A model generated the notes under the pieces. It did not search any database. It was not told the DNA's origin and was given only the letters and a program-made list of their open reading frames with translations. From an uncultured Alphaproteobacteria bacterium (lineage in GTDB: Bacteria; Pseudomonadota; Alphaproteobacteria; Rs-D84; CACZYB01), in NCBI GenBank assembly GCA_934246625.1, contig CAKQHZ010000002.1, positions 120,001-152,000 on the forward strand: a stretch of 32,000 nucleotides of DNA, read 5' to 3'. Position 1 is the stretch's first letter, and the number at the start of each line of letters is the position of its first letter. Of this stretch, positions 1 through 8,990 are shown one piece after another. The translations under genes were made by a program, and so were the position numbers.

Positions 1-1
1 T

Positions 2-1585
2 TTTTATATTTCAGGTTCTTTGACTGATGATATAGATAAATACACTGAAAATTCAACTTTTTCACAAGCAGTAGGAAGCAATTTAACTGCTGAAAACATA
101 TCTTTAAAATCTGGTAATAATATGACACATATAGGTTCAAATATCGTTGCAAATGATACAATTTCCTATGATATAACAAATAAATTAAAGGTGTTTGCAG
201 GAGAAAATACTTACCGTTCTGAATCCTATAATGAACATATTACAGCAGGAGCATCATACGGAAATAATGCTGTTCAAGGTAATGTTGGATATGATAAATC
301 AAGAAATGTTTCCAGTGGAACAAGTTTTACAAATTCCAATATAATTGCAGAAAATATTCAAATAAAGACTGGTAGTGATGCTAAATTTGATGGTGCAAAT
401 GTCAGTGCAAACGAAAACCTTGTCGCCTCTGTTGGTGGCGATTTAATCATTGAATCAAAACAGGATTCTGATTATGCGAAGGGAAAAAGTTTCGGAATGA
501 GTTTATCCGGTGGTGCGGGTGTTAGAAAAGAAGCTGTTGGTAAAGGTTCTGTTGGTATCGGGTTTAACACAGGAAAATCAAATCATGACAGTAGTTGGGT
601 TAATGATATGACCGAGCTGACAGCGAAAAATGTTGATATAAATGTAGCAGGAAAAACTTCACTTACTGGTGCAATGATTGATGGAAGTGAAAGCCTCCAC
701 CTTGCAACAAATGAACTTGAATTTAAAGATTTGCACGATTTTGAACGCTCAACTGAAACAGGATATGGTGTAAATACAGGTGTTGGTATCTCAACGAATA
801 AAGAAAAAACAAACCTTCATCCAAACGGTGAAACTTCCCTTACTTTAAATGATAAAGGATATAATAAAGAGCAAATTACCCGTGCGACAATTGGCAAAGG
901 TGTAATTGAGGTTGTCCAAGGTTCTGATTTGACAGGTCTTAACCGTGACACCTCAAAAGTCCAAGAAATTACAAAGGATATGACAACCGGCACCCTTAAT
1001 ACTACCGCAAATATAGATAACCGAGTATTTACAAGTGAAGGTAGAAATAGTATAGTAAATGAGCATAAAGACTTAAAAGAAAATACTATTATGACATTAA
1101 AAGATATGTCTGTTGCAGCGATTACAACTATAGGATTGTTATGGGGAGGTATAGAATATGCATATTCTTATATTTTAAATGAAGAAAAACCAAATATTAT
1201 TATTGATAATGAAAAAAATAAAATTATGTTTACAAAAAATATTTTTGCTTCAAATATCTTGGGAGTAGATGGAGCTATTACTTTAGGAAATATACAATTA
1301 TATTACAATAAAAATAATCCATATAAAATTGTAGCACCGTATAGTACTACAGATTATGGTTTTATGCCATTAGAATATCATGAGGATGCTCATATAAATC
1401 AATGGCATAGGGATGGTGCTCTAAAATTTATATGGAATTGGTTACAAAATGGAGGGGCAAGTATGCATAATAGTTATGAACGAGAAGCTAGTTTAGAAGG
1501 TATGAATAGATTAAAAGATGAAGGTGTTTATCATATTATTCAAAATAATAAATATAAATATTACAAAAATGGAGAAATAGAATGA
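2..1585 (+). CDS. Two-partner-secretion exoprotein (TpsA / filamentous-haemagglutinin family), 3' part only, ending in a polymorphic-toxin C-terminal domain with an HExxH motif
   Basis: The frame is open to the left window edge. It has Asn/Gly/Ser-rich shaft-type sequence (ANVSANENLVASVGGDLIIESKQDSDYAKGKSFG; GLNRDTSKVQEITKD) typical of TpsA/CdiA-like proteins, and a TpsB gene lies 1.3 kb downstream. In the last ~180 aa the G+C drops sharply, and GAITLGNIQLY...YHEDAHINQW (HEDAH at nt 1379-1393) resembles DUF4157-type Zn-peptidase toxin domains. Confidence 0.7.
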   Translation, partial: FYISGSLTDDIDKYTENSTFSQAVGSNLTAENISLKSGNNMTHIGSNIVANDTISYDITNKLKVFAGENTYRSESYNEHITAGASYGNNAVQGNVGYDKSRNVSSGTSFTNSNIIAENIQIKTGSDAKFDGANVSANENLVASVGGDLIIESKQDSDYAKGKSFGMSLSGGAGVRKEAVGKGSVGIGFNTGKSNHDSSWVNDMTELTAKNVDINVAGKTSLTGAMIDGSESLHLATNELEFKDLHDFERSTETGYGVNTGVGISTNKEKTNLHPNGETSLTLNDKGYNKEQITRATIGKGVIEVVQGSDLTGLNRDTSKVQEITKDMTTGTLNTTANIDNRVFTSEGRNSIVNEHKDLKENTIMTLKDMSVAAITTIGLLWGGIEYAYSYILNEEKPNIIIDNEKNKIMFTKNIFASNILGVDGAITLGNIQLYYNKNNPYKIVAPYSTTDYGFMPLEYHEDAHINQWHRDGALKFIWNWLQNGGASMHNSYEREASLEGMNRLKDEGVYHIIQNNKYKYYKNGEIE

Positions 1586-1935
1586 AGTATAAATATATTT
1601 TCTTATTTATTTTATTATCATGTGATATAACAAAATTAAATTATCCACTTGATATAGAAAATAAATTTCCTAATGAAATTTTTGTTGAGGCCTGCGATTA
1701 TTCAAACAAATGTTCTTTTGTTCATAATTATAAATTTGATTTATATAAAAATGCAAAATATGGAATAGTTTATTCCCCAGTAAAAATATTAAATTTTTAT
1801 GATAATAAACATAATTTATTATATTCATATACAAATGAAGAATTAAAAAATATAAAAATAAGTGCAGGTTATTCTTTAAGTAGTAAAAATATTTGTGCTA
1901 CTGTTACAAAAAATGGTCTAATGATAAATGACTAA
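1582..1935 (+). CDS. Putative immunity lipoprotein for the upstream toxin domain
   Basis: It overlaps the toxin ORF stop by 4 nt (ATGA). It has a lipoprotein-type signal, MKYKYIFLFILLSC (lipobox LLSC). It sits in the canonical immunity position directly after a polymorphic-toxin C-terminus. No family was recognised. Confidence 0.4.
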   Translation: MKYKYIFLFILLSCDITKLNYPLDIENKFPNEIFVEACDYSNKCSFVHNYKFDLYKNAKYGIVYSPVKILNFYDNKHNLLYSYTNEELKNIKISAGYSLSSKNICATVTKNGLMIND

Positions 1936-1989
1936 ACTACTAACTTACATATTTCTTTTCTTATTTTCATTTACCTCATCAGTAAATGC
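1924..1989 (+). repeat. 66-bp copy of the immunity-stop / tpsB-start junction and signal-peptide coding region (partner at 2875-2940)
   Basis: A hand alignment of 1924-1989 against 2875-2940 gives 56 of 66 identical positions with no indels. Both copies begin ATAAATGACTAAACTACTAAC and end AGTAAATGC. Confidence 0.85.
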
Positions 1990-2557
1990 CTGCTATTTTG
2001 TTAAATCAGAAGACGGTTTAGTAGTTGCAGGAAGTTTATATTCTATTCAAGATAGTGCAAGAAAAATTTACGCTTGGGTTGATGGAGAAGGATATAAGGG
2101 TAATAGAACTTATATTGACCCGATAAACGGGGAAGTTTATACAGCAGAAGGCAATATAAAAGAAGGAGCCTTAGAGTTAGGAGTAGCAGCAACTATTGGT
2201 ATTGCAGTAAAAGGTGTTGGAAAAATAAAAAATGGACTTAACTATAAAACATTGTATAGAGCAGTTGAACCAGAAGAATATTTAGATATTTATAAGAATG
2301 GAAAATTTTTACCATCTCCATATGGTTCAGAAGGTAAGTATTTTGCAGTAACGAAAAAAGGAGCTTTATTAGAAGGGAATAATTATTTACCAAAAGTTTC
2401 AAATATTAAATCAAGTGAATATAAATATGTTAAAGCATCTTATCCAAAAGAAGAATTAAAAAATGTGCAAAAGATTATTGTTGATCAAAATGTTCCTTCT
2501 TATGTAATACCTAATGAAAAATTAAATTTATTTAAAAATATAAAGGAGTTTAAATGA
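1928..2557 (+). CDS. Secreted orphan toxin-like protein carrying a copy of the TpsB signal peptide
   Basis: The signal peptide MTKLLTYIFLFLFSFTSSVNA closely matches the TpsB one (MTKLLTYIFILFFAFTSLVNA). The body has a Gly-rich hydrophobic segment (LELGVAATIGIAVKGVG) and a C-terminal domain (YRAVEPEEYLDIYKNGKFLPSPYGSEGKYFA). An overlapping small ORF follows. Function was not recognised. Confidence 0.4.
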   Translation: MTKLLTYIFLFLFSFTSSVNACYFVKSEDGLVVAGSLYSIQDSARKIYAWVDGEGYKGNRTYIDPINGEVYTAEGNIKEGALELGVAATIGIAVKGVGKIKNGLNYKTLYRAVEPEEYLDIYKNGKFLPSPYGSEGKYFAVTKKGALLEGNNYLPKVSNIKSSEYKYVKASYPKEELKNVQKIIVDQNVPSYVIPNEKLNLFKNIKEFK

Positions 2558-2886
2558 AATTTTTTGAATTAAAATTGATGGTTATAATGTATTCTAAAAA
2601 ACAAGGCTTTCATATCCAACATCTTGATAATTATGAGAGAAGAGACGCTCGTATTGGAATTTTAGTATATACACAAGATAAGGAATTATTAAGTGGTTCG
2701 GCATTTTTATTAATAAATAAAAAATATAGTTTAAAACCATCAGAGTTATATTATATGACTATAAGATTGGCTGTATGTGAAGAAAAAGTTTCATATATAA
2801 AATTGCAAAATAAAATTTTAGTACAAATAGGAATAAATAATTTTGCAGATGCTGTAATCTTGGATATAAAAGACATAAATGACTAA
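2554..2886 (+). CDS. Small cytoplasmic protein in immunity position (candidate immunity for ORF 1928-2557)
   Basis: It overlaps the upstream ORF by 4 nt. It ends with the same ...IND-stop/ATG junction as ORF 1582-1935. It has no signal peptide and no recognisable family. Confidence 0.3.
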   Translation: MKFFELKLMVIMYSKKQGFHIQHLDNYERRDARIGILVYTQDKELLSGSAFLLINKKYSLKPSELYYMTIRLAVCEEKVSYIKLQNKILVQIGINNFADAVILDIKDIND

Positions 2887-2940
2887 ACTACTAACATACA
2901 TATTTATCTTATTCTTTGCCTTTACTTCCTTAGTAAATGC
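2875..2940 (+). repeat. Partner copy of the 66-bp junction / signal-peptide repeat (see 1924-1989)
   Basis: Same hand alignment as for 1924-1989. This copy is the authentic 5' end of tpsB. Confidence 0.85.
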
Positions 2941-4564
2941 ACAGGCTCCTTCAGATATTCAACGTCATCAGCAAAATTTGATTGATGCAGGATTTCAAAG
3001 GCAAGAACTTGATCGTGCAATTAATCAAACTCCAGTTTCTGCACTTAAATTTACTCAAACTAAACCTCAATCAACAAAATCTTCAAAATGTGTTGATATA
3101 AAAACCGTAGAATTTAATGGCAACACAAAAATTTCTACTACTCGCATTAAAAAAATTACTCAACCGTATCTTAATAAATGTTTGACTGTTGATGATATTA
3201 ATAAAATCCTTAATGCAATTACAAACGCTTATATTGATGCTGGGTATATCACAAGTGGTGCATATTTGATTACCCCTCAAACAAAACTTAATGACAGTAT
3301 TTTACAGATAAAAATTGTTGAGGGAACTATTACAAAATTTAGTGGAATAACAGAGACGGAACGTAAAACGGCTTTTCCGTGGGTGCTTGGTTCTGTTTTA
3401 AATCTTCGTGATATAGAGCAAGGTTTGGACCAAATGAACAGACTTTCTTCCAATCATACAAAAATGGAAATAAAGGCAAATGAGAATGCAAATGGAACAA
3501 GTAAGGTTGTAATAACGAATGAAAAGAAAAATCCAACAAGCTATTCTGTATATACTGATAATCTTGGCTCAAAACCTACTGGTGAATATAGGCTTGGTTT
3601 CGGTATTGTTGAGGATAATTTGTTTGGAATTAACGACCAAATAAACCTTAGTTATACGAACAGTGTAAGTGGCAATTCCGATAAATATTCACGTGCTTTG
3701 ATGCTTGGTTTTTCAGTTCCTTTGGGTTATTGGACCTTTACAAATAATGCATCATTTTCAGAATATCAAACCTATATGAAATTACCTGTAAGTAATGAAA
3801 AACTTTATTCCTATGGCGATAATTTTAGTGAAAGTTTTATTATTGATAGAGTTATTTCACGTGGACAGAGATACAAACTTTCTGCATCATTAAGTATCAA
3901 TTATAAAAAGCCAAATAACTATACGAAAGTGCTTGATATAAAAGCAAAGAATGACTCATCAAGCAGAGGTATTTCTTTTCTTGAATATGCTTTACCAACA
4001 ACTTTTTATTTTGATAGAGGTATAATTTTTGTAAAACCATCTTTTGTTGATGGAGCAAATTTTTGGGGTATAGAGAAAGATGATGGGACTTATCCCCAAA
4101 AGGCTCAGTTTGATGCCTATAAATTATACTTGTATTCAAGTTGGAACATTGGATTTGTGAACTTTACCACAACGATTGATGGACAATATACAGAAGATGA
4201 AGTTCTTTCTTCGGAAACAGTTTATATAGGAGGAGAAACTTCTGTTCGTGGATTTAAAGATGGTGTAAGTGGGGATAGTGGTTTTTATATAAGAAATGAT
4301 TTCAACTTCAATCTTACACAAATGTTTAAAACAGAAAATATTTGGGCAAAGTCAATAACTCCAAGTTTATTTTTTGATTATGGTTTAGTAAAATCAAATG
4401 CAGATGATAGTAGAACAATACTTTCGGGAAGTGGTGCGAAAGTTGCAGTAAATTATGATATGTTAGAAACTTCTATTTCTTATGCTATCCCAATAAAAAA
4501 AGAAGATACTATGACATCAAAGGAAGATATTTCTATATATTTAGGCATTAAGGGAAGAATATAG
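2879..4564 (+). CDS. TpsB outer-membrane transporter (ShlB/FhaC/HecB family haemolysin activation/secretion protein)
   Basis: The 561-aa product has a signal peptide and a POTRA-like region (IKTVEFNGNTKISTTRIKKITQPYLNKCLTVDDINKILNAITNAYIDAGYITSGAYL...LQIKIVEG). Its C-terminal part is aromatic-rich and beta-barrel-like. It lies next to the TpsA gene. Confidence 0.85.
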   Translation: MTKLLTYIFILFFAFTSLVNAQAPSDIQRHQQNLIDAGFQRQELDRAINQTPVSALKFTQTKPQSTKSSKCVDIKTVEFNGNTKISTTRIKKITQPYLNKCLTVDDINKILNAITNAYIDAGYITSGAYLITPQTKLNDSILQIKIVEGTITKFSGITETERKTAFPWVLGSVLNLRDIEQGLDQMNRLSSNHTKMEIKANENANGTSKVVITNEKKNPTSYSVYTDNLGSKPTGEYRLGFGIVEDNLFGINDQINLSYTNSVSGNSDKYSRALMLGFSVPLGYWTFTNNASFSEYQTYMKLPVSNEKLYSYGDNFSESFIIDRVISRGQRYKLSASLSINYKKPNNYTKVLDIKAKNDSSSRGISFLEYALPTTFYFDRGIIFVKPSFVDGANFWGIEKDDGTYPQKAQFDAYKLYLYSSWNIGFVNFTTTIDGQYTEDEVLSSETVYIGGETSVRGFKDGVSGDSGFYIRNDFNFNLTQMFKTENIWAKSITPSLFFDYGLVKSNADDSRTILSGSGAKVAVNYDMLETSISYAIPIKKEDTMTSKEDISIYLGIKGRI

Positions 4565-4585
4565 AATGTTGATTAAAATAAAAAA

Positions 4586-4614
4586 AACACCCACAAAATT
4601 TATTTGCAGGTGTT
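4586..4614. terminator. Possible bidirectional terminator between convergent genes
   Basis: A 6-bp stem (AACACC 4586-4591 / GGTGTT 4609-4614) is preceded by an A-run and followed by a T-rich stretch. The 17-nt loop makes it weak. Confidence 0.3.
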
Positions 4615-4641
4615 ATTTCAAAATTTTCAATTTTAGATTTT

Positions 4642-4908
4642 TTATTTTACAAGTTGATAAACTTTCTTCATAAACTTATCAAAATCTTCTAATGTCTTGA
4701 AAAATTTTCTTGAAGACTTATCTTTTACCTTCATTGTTGAATGATATAACTTTTCTGTATAACTATCATGCAATAAAAGATATGATAAAAAAGTCTTTTG
4801 TAAAACTTTTTCTTTTCTTCCAATAAGTCCAGATGTTCCACAAGCAACAATTCTATCAATAGCTCTTTTTTCTTTTAATAAATTATTTGAAATATATTTA
4901 TTTTTCAT
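4642..4908 (-). CDS. Hypothetical protein (88 aa)
   Basis: This ORF lies just downstream of the NUDIX gene on the same strand. No motif was recognised. Confidence 0.35.
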   Translation of the reverse strand: MKNKYISNNLLKEKRAIDRIVACGTSGLIGRKEKVLQKTFLSYLLLHDSYTEKLYHSTMKVKDKSSRKFFKTLEDFDKFMKKVYQLVK

Positions 4909-4933
4909 ATCAAAGTCCTTTCTTTATAAAAAT

Positions 4934-5407
4934 TTACCTTGTTTTATTTAATTCTTCTAAAGACAAATCAACCATACTTACAACTTTACCATTTTCATCA
5001 TAAACATATCTTTTATTAACATACTTACCAGACATTATTTGAGGCACATAATCCTTATCTGCATCTCGCATTTTATCAAGAGGTATAGAATCTATATCTT
5101 GCCAAAAAACCTCTACTTCACCATCACGAGCTTTTACATCGCCATAAAATTTAGTGCTTTTAAAAATAGACACATAATATTCCATTGATGGAAATTCAAT
5201 ATACCCAACTTGTTTAGGATTTTCAATCACAAGACCTGTTTCTTCAAGAGTTTCACGACGAACACATTCTTCCATAGTTTCGCCCTCTTCTTTTTTACCA
5301 CCACAAAAATTATAAAATCCCTTATTAACTCCACGCAAATGCTTTATCATCAAAACTTTACGATTTTTTATATCTTCTATAATAGATAAAGAGGCTTCTT
5401 TTTTCAT
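4934..5407 (-). CDS. NUDIX (MutT-like) hydrolase
   Basis: A complete Nudix box, GX5EX7REUXEEXGU, is read as GKKEEGETMEECVRRETLEETGL. Confidence 0.85.
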   Translation of the reverse strand: MKKEASLSIIEDIKNRKVLMIKHLRGVNKGFYNFCGGKKEEGETMEECVRRETLEETGLVIENPKQVGYIEFPSMEYYVSIFKSTKFYGDVKARDGEVEVFWQDIDSIPLDKMRDADKDYVPQIMSGKYVNKRYVYDENGKVVSMVDLSLEELNKTR

Positions 5408-5453
5408 AACACATCTCCTATAATTAAATTAGCCATACAATTACTATACAAAA

Positions 5454-5816
5454 CTACCTTGATTTTTCAAGCTCAACTTGCTTTACAACTTCAGAAGAAT
5501 TAAAAAAACTATTCAAAGCAAGTTGTAATGCTTCTTTATAAGGAGCATATTCCTTATTTGCAATCAACGCCTTAAGAATTTTTATCAATGCCTTTTCACG
5601 CAAATTGTAAACAATTTTTCCAGTCGAAGCATCAAAAACCTCACCTGTATACGGATTCAATTTATTTCTTCCACTATGTCCATGTGGAGTTGATGGATTT
5701 GGGTCAGCATCATTTTTATGAAAGTTCCAATTATCACCATTACTTTTTACCACAAACGAAATCATCTGATGCTCTGGACTTCGACTAATTACTTTTCTTT
5801 TCATATCATTTGCCAT
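5454..5816 (-). CDS. Hypothetical protein (120 aa) heading the minus-strand three-gene block
   Basis: The ORF has a conserved-looking core (NFHKNDADPNPSTPHGHSGRNKLNPYTGEVFD). I could not assign a family. Confidence 0.4.
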   Translation of the reverse strand: MANDMKRKVISRSPEHQMISFVVKSNGDNWNFHKNDADPNPSTPHGHSGRNKLNPYTGEVFDASTGKIVYNLREKALIKILKALIANKEYAPYKEALQLALNSFFNSSEVVKQVELEKSR

Positions 5817-6037
5817 TTTACATCCTTACTTGTTTTATTATATTTGATACAATATTTTATATTTTGTCAACAAAATATTACAGTTATTTTAACAAAACTT
5901 TAACCAAACTGAATAGGAATTTCTTGCTTTTTACCCGATTTTCAGTAATATTTTTTATATAACAAAAACAATGGAAATAAGAAAATTTATAAACTTCAAC
6001 ATATAAAAATCAATTAAATTTACAAAGGGAATATACT

Positions 6038-6568
6038 ATGGAAAACAAAATAAAGCATGGTAAAGATTTTATATTAGGCAAATCAGCCGTAATCAAAAGA
6101 CCTGAACTTATCGAAGTCGGCGACAATGTCCGCATATCTGAATTTTGCTATATCTCAAGCAAATGCAAAATCGAATCAAATTGTGAAATTGCAGTTGGTG
6201 TATCCATTGCAGGAGGCGGTGGAAAACATACATTTTCTATGGGGAAATATTCTTCTCTTGCCGCAGGTGTAAAAGTATGGCTTGCAAGCAATGATTATGT
6301 GAACGACCTTGTCGCACACAATGTTCCATTTGTCAGTGAAATAGAAGGCGATGTAAAACTTGGCAACTATACTGGTATAGGCTCAAATTCTGTGATAATG
6401 CCAAATAATGATATTCCAGAAGGTGTTACTATAGGAGCCCTAAGTTTCGTTCCATCAAACTTTAAATTCAAACCATGGACTGTATACGCAGGAGCCCCAA
6501 TCAAAGAAGTAAAACCAAGGAACAAAGAAAACATCTTAAAAATACTTAAACAACTAGGAGATAAATAA
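6038..6568 (+). CDS. Hexapeptide-repeat (left-handed beta-helix) acyl/acetyltransferase
   Basis: It shows imperfect hexapeptide periodicity (IEVGDNVRISEFCYISSKCKIESNCEIAVGVSIAGG; KLGNYTGIGSNSVIMPNNDIPEGVTIGALSFV). Its stop codon directly abuts the glmS ATG. Confidence 0.65.
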   Translation: MENKIKHGKDFILGKSAVIKRPELIEVGDNVRISEFCYISSKCKIESNCEIAVGVSIAGGGGKHTFSMGKYSSLAAGVKVWLASNDYVNDLVAHNVPFVSEIEGDVKLGNYTGIGSNSVIMPNNDIPEGVTIGALSFVPSNFKFKPWTVYAGAPIKEVKPRNKENILKILKQLGDK

Positions 6569-8413
6569 ATGTGTGGAATAATTGGTTATATTGGTAAAAA
6601 AAATTGCACAAATATCCTTCTTAATGGTTTAAAAAAACTTGAATACCGCGGATACGATTCTGCTGGCATAGCAATAATTGATGAAAATAAAACTAAAATT
6701 TTCAAAAGTGTTGGAAAAATCCAAAACCTTATCAACAAAATCAATACTGAAAAAGATAATATTAAAAATCCTCTTGTTGGTATAGGTCATATCAGATGGG
6801 CAACACACGGAAAACCAACTGAAATAAATGCACACCCTCATACTTGCAACTGCGGTAAAATTGCCGTAGTCCATAATGGCATTATTGAAAATTATAAGGA
6901 ATTAAGAGAGGAATTAAAAGCAAACGGAGCAATATTTAAAACCGAAACCGACACTGAAACAATCCCACACCTTATTGCATACGAATATACAAAAACAAAG
7001 GATTTACTTACTGCGGTCCAAAACGCCACAAAGAAATTAAAGGGAGCTTATGCTCTTTGTGTAATTGACCAAGACGAACCTAACAAAATCATTGCAACAA
7101 AACGATTTGCACCACTTATTATTGGTATAGGGAACGATGAAAATATTGTCGGGAGTGATATTCCTGCAATCATTGAAATAACAAACAAAATTATCTATAT
7201 TGACGATAATGATATAGCCATCATTACAAATAATAATGTTGAAATAAGAAACAAAGACAATGAAATAATAACAAAGCCAATCGTCGAATTATCCATCAAA
7301 GAAGATTGTCTTGATAAAATGGGATACAAACATTTTATGATAAAGGAAATTCACGAACAATCTGATATTATAAGAAATGCCCTTAATGGAAGAATCAAAG
7401 ATATAAACTCAAATATCAATTTTCCTGAACTTGATAACATAAAACAAAACCTTTCAAAAATTGATAATATAAAAATTATTGCCTGTGGAACATCTTTGCA
7501 TGCTGGAATTATCGCAAAATATATTATCGAAGATTTGACAGGCATCACCGTTGAAACCGAAAGTGCAAGCGAATATATCTATCGCAACAACACAACAAAT
7601 GCTTCATCTTTGGTAATAGGCATATCACAATCTGGTGAAACAGCGGACACCATCACCGCCATGAGACTTGCCAAAGAAAAAAATGCAAAAATACTTATTA
7701 TCACAAATCGTCCAGACAGCTCAATTTGCAAACTTGCCGATAGTGTAATTCCAGTAAATGCAGGCATAGAAGTAAGTGTTGCTGCAACAAAATCATACAC
7801 AGCACAACTTATTGCCTTATACATTTTTGCACTTTACCTTTGCGAAATACAAAACAAAAATAAGGACACATTGGCAAATATAAAACAAGAATTACTAACT
7901 GTGCCATCAAAAATCGAACAAATATTAAATAATACAAAGGATATAGAAGACATTGCAAAATCACTAAGCAAGTTCAAAGACTTTATCTATATTGCCCGTG
8001 GAACAAACCTTGCCACTGCTCAAGAAGGTGCACTAAAGCTAAAGGAAATAAGTTATATAAATGCAAACGCATATCCTGCTGGCGAACTTAAACATGGACC
8101 AATAGCAATGCTTGATGAAAATATGCCAGTCCTCGCAATACTTATTCCAAATCATATAACCTATGATAAAATGATTTCTAATTGTGAAGAAGCAAAGGCA
8201 AGAAACGCTTACCTTATCGCCCTAACCTCATCAAAAGATGAAAATTTAAAAAAGATTTTCAATAATGTGATTACAATCCCTGAAATAAGTGAATTTTTAT
8301 CACCACTTATTACCTGTATTCCATTACAACTTTTGGCTTACTACATTGCAAACTATCTTGGCAAAGATGTTGACCAACCAAGAAACCTTGCAAAATCCGT
8401 AACAGTCGAATAA
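6569..8413 (+). CDS. glmS: Glutamine--fructose-6-phosphate aminotransferase
   Basis: The 614-aa product has the N-terminal catalytic MCGIIGYIG. It has two SIS-domain regions (GISQSGETADT) and the characteristic C-terminus NLAKSVTVE. Confidence 0.97.
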   Translation: MCGIIGYIGKKNCTNILLNGLKKLEYRGYDSAGIAIIDENKTKIFKSVGKIQNLINKINTEKDNIKNPLVGIGHIRWATHGKPTEINAHPHTCNCGKIAVVHNGIIENYKELREELKANGAIFKTETDTETIPHLIAYEYTKTKDLLTAVQNATKKLKGAYALCVIDQDEPNKIIATKRFAPLIIGIGNDENIVGSDIPAIIEITNKIIYIDDNDIAIITNNNVEIRNKDNEIITKPIVELSIKEDCLDKMGYKHFMIKEIHEQSDIIRNALNGRIKDINSNINFPELDNIKQNLSKIDNIKIIACGTSLHAGIIAKYIIEDLTGITVETESASEYIYRNNTTNASSLVIGISQSGETADTITAMRLAKEKNAKILIITNRPDSSICKLADSVIPVNAGIEVSVAATKSYTAQLIALYIFALYLCEIQNKNKDTLANIKQELLTVPSKIEQILNNTKDIEDIAKSLSKFKDFIYIARGTNLATAQEGALKLKEISYINANAYPAGELKHGPIAMLDENMPVLAILIPNHITYDKMISNCEEAKARNAYLIALTSSKDENLKKIFNNVITIPEISEFLSPLITCIPLQLLAYYIANYLGKDVDQPRNLAKSVTVE

Positions 8414-8438
8414 AAAAAAGCCTCACTAGAGGCTTTTT
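8412..8438. terminator. Bidirectional intrinsic terminator after glmS
   Basis: The stem AGCCTC / GAGGCT has a 4-nt loop. It is flanked by an A-run on the 5' side and a T-run on the 3' side. Confidence 0.7.
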
Positions 8439-8929
8439 ACTTTATCATTTTCAAGCAACATTTTAAAGTATGTTAAGTTCTTTTCATTTACCAACATATT
8501 ATGTGTTTTTTCACCATTGATTGCCTTAATACTATTTTTATTCAAAACATTTTTATCAAGATTTCTTTCAATAATAACCTTATCACCCTTTTTCAAATTG
8601 GCATAAAGTGGATTTACTTCACAATTTGAAACCAACATAACATCACTTTCAGGTTCATAAGTCATATTGTTATTTACATCAATAAACACCTTAATATTAT
8701 CATAAGAAGAAGGCTTATTTGAAAAAAAGCCAACCTTTTCATTATGATGTTCAACTTCAGTTTCAATCACATTACCAGTATGAATTTGCAAAGCTGAATT
8801 TTGCTTATCCACCATTTTCAAAGTAATGGACACAGGTCCAGAAAGAAACACTAATAAAAAAGCACCAAAAATAAGTTCTTCATACTTATCTTTCGCCAAC
8901 TCGTTTTTAATTTTTTTGATTTTATTCAT
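8426..8929 (-). CDS. Membrane-anchored hypothetical protein
   Basis: It has one N-terminal hydrophobic helix (LIFGAFLLVFLSGPVSI). It lies downstream of mltA on the same strand. No family was recognised. Confidence 0.45.
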   Translation of the reverse strand: MNKIKKIKNELAKDKYEELIFGAFLLVFLSGPVSITLKMVDKQNSALQIHTGNVIETEVEHHNEKVGFFSNKPSSYDNIKVFIDVNNNMTYEPESDVMLVSNCEVNPLYANLKKGDKVIIERNLDKNVLNKNSIKAINGEKTHNMLVNEKNLTYFKMLLENDKVKSL

Positions 8930-8990
8930 TTTACGTCCTATATATTATAGGAATAAAATCTACAGATATTTTTTATTTTGTCAAGGTTAT

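Noticed and set aside
5817-6568. A glmS ribozyme or riboswitch might lie upstream of glmS.
   Set aside because: glmS starts immediately after the stop codon of the acyltransferase gene, leaving no leader. I see no structured element resembling the glmS ribozyme in 5817-6037. That ribozyme is also essentially a Gram-positive feature.
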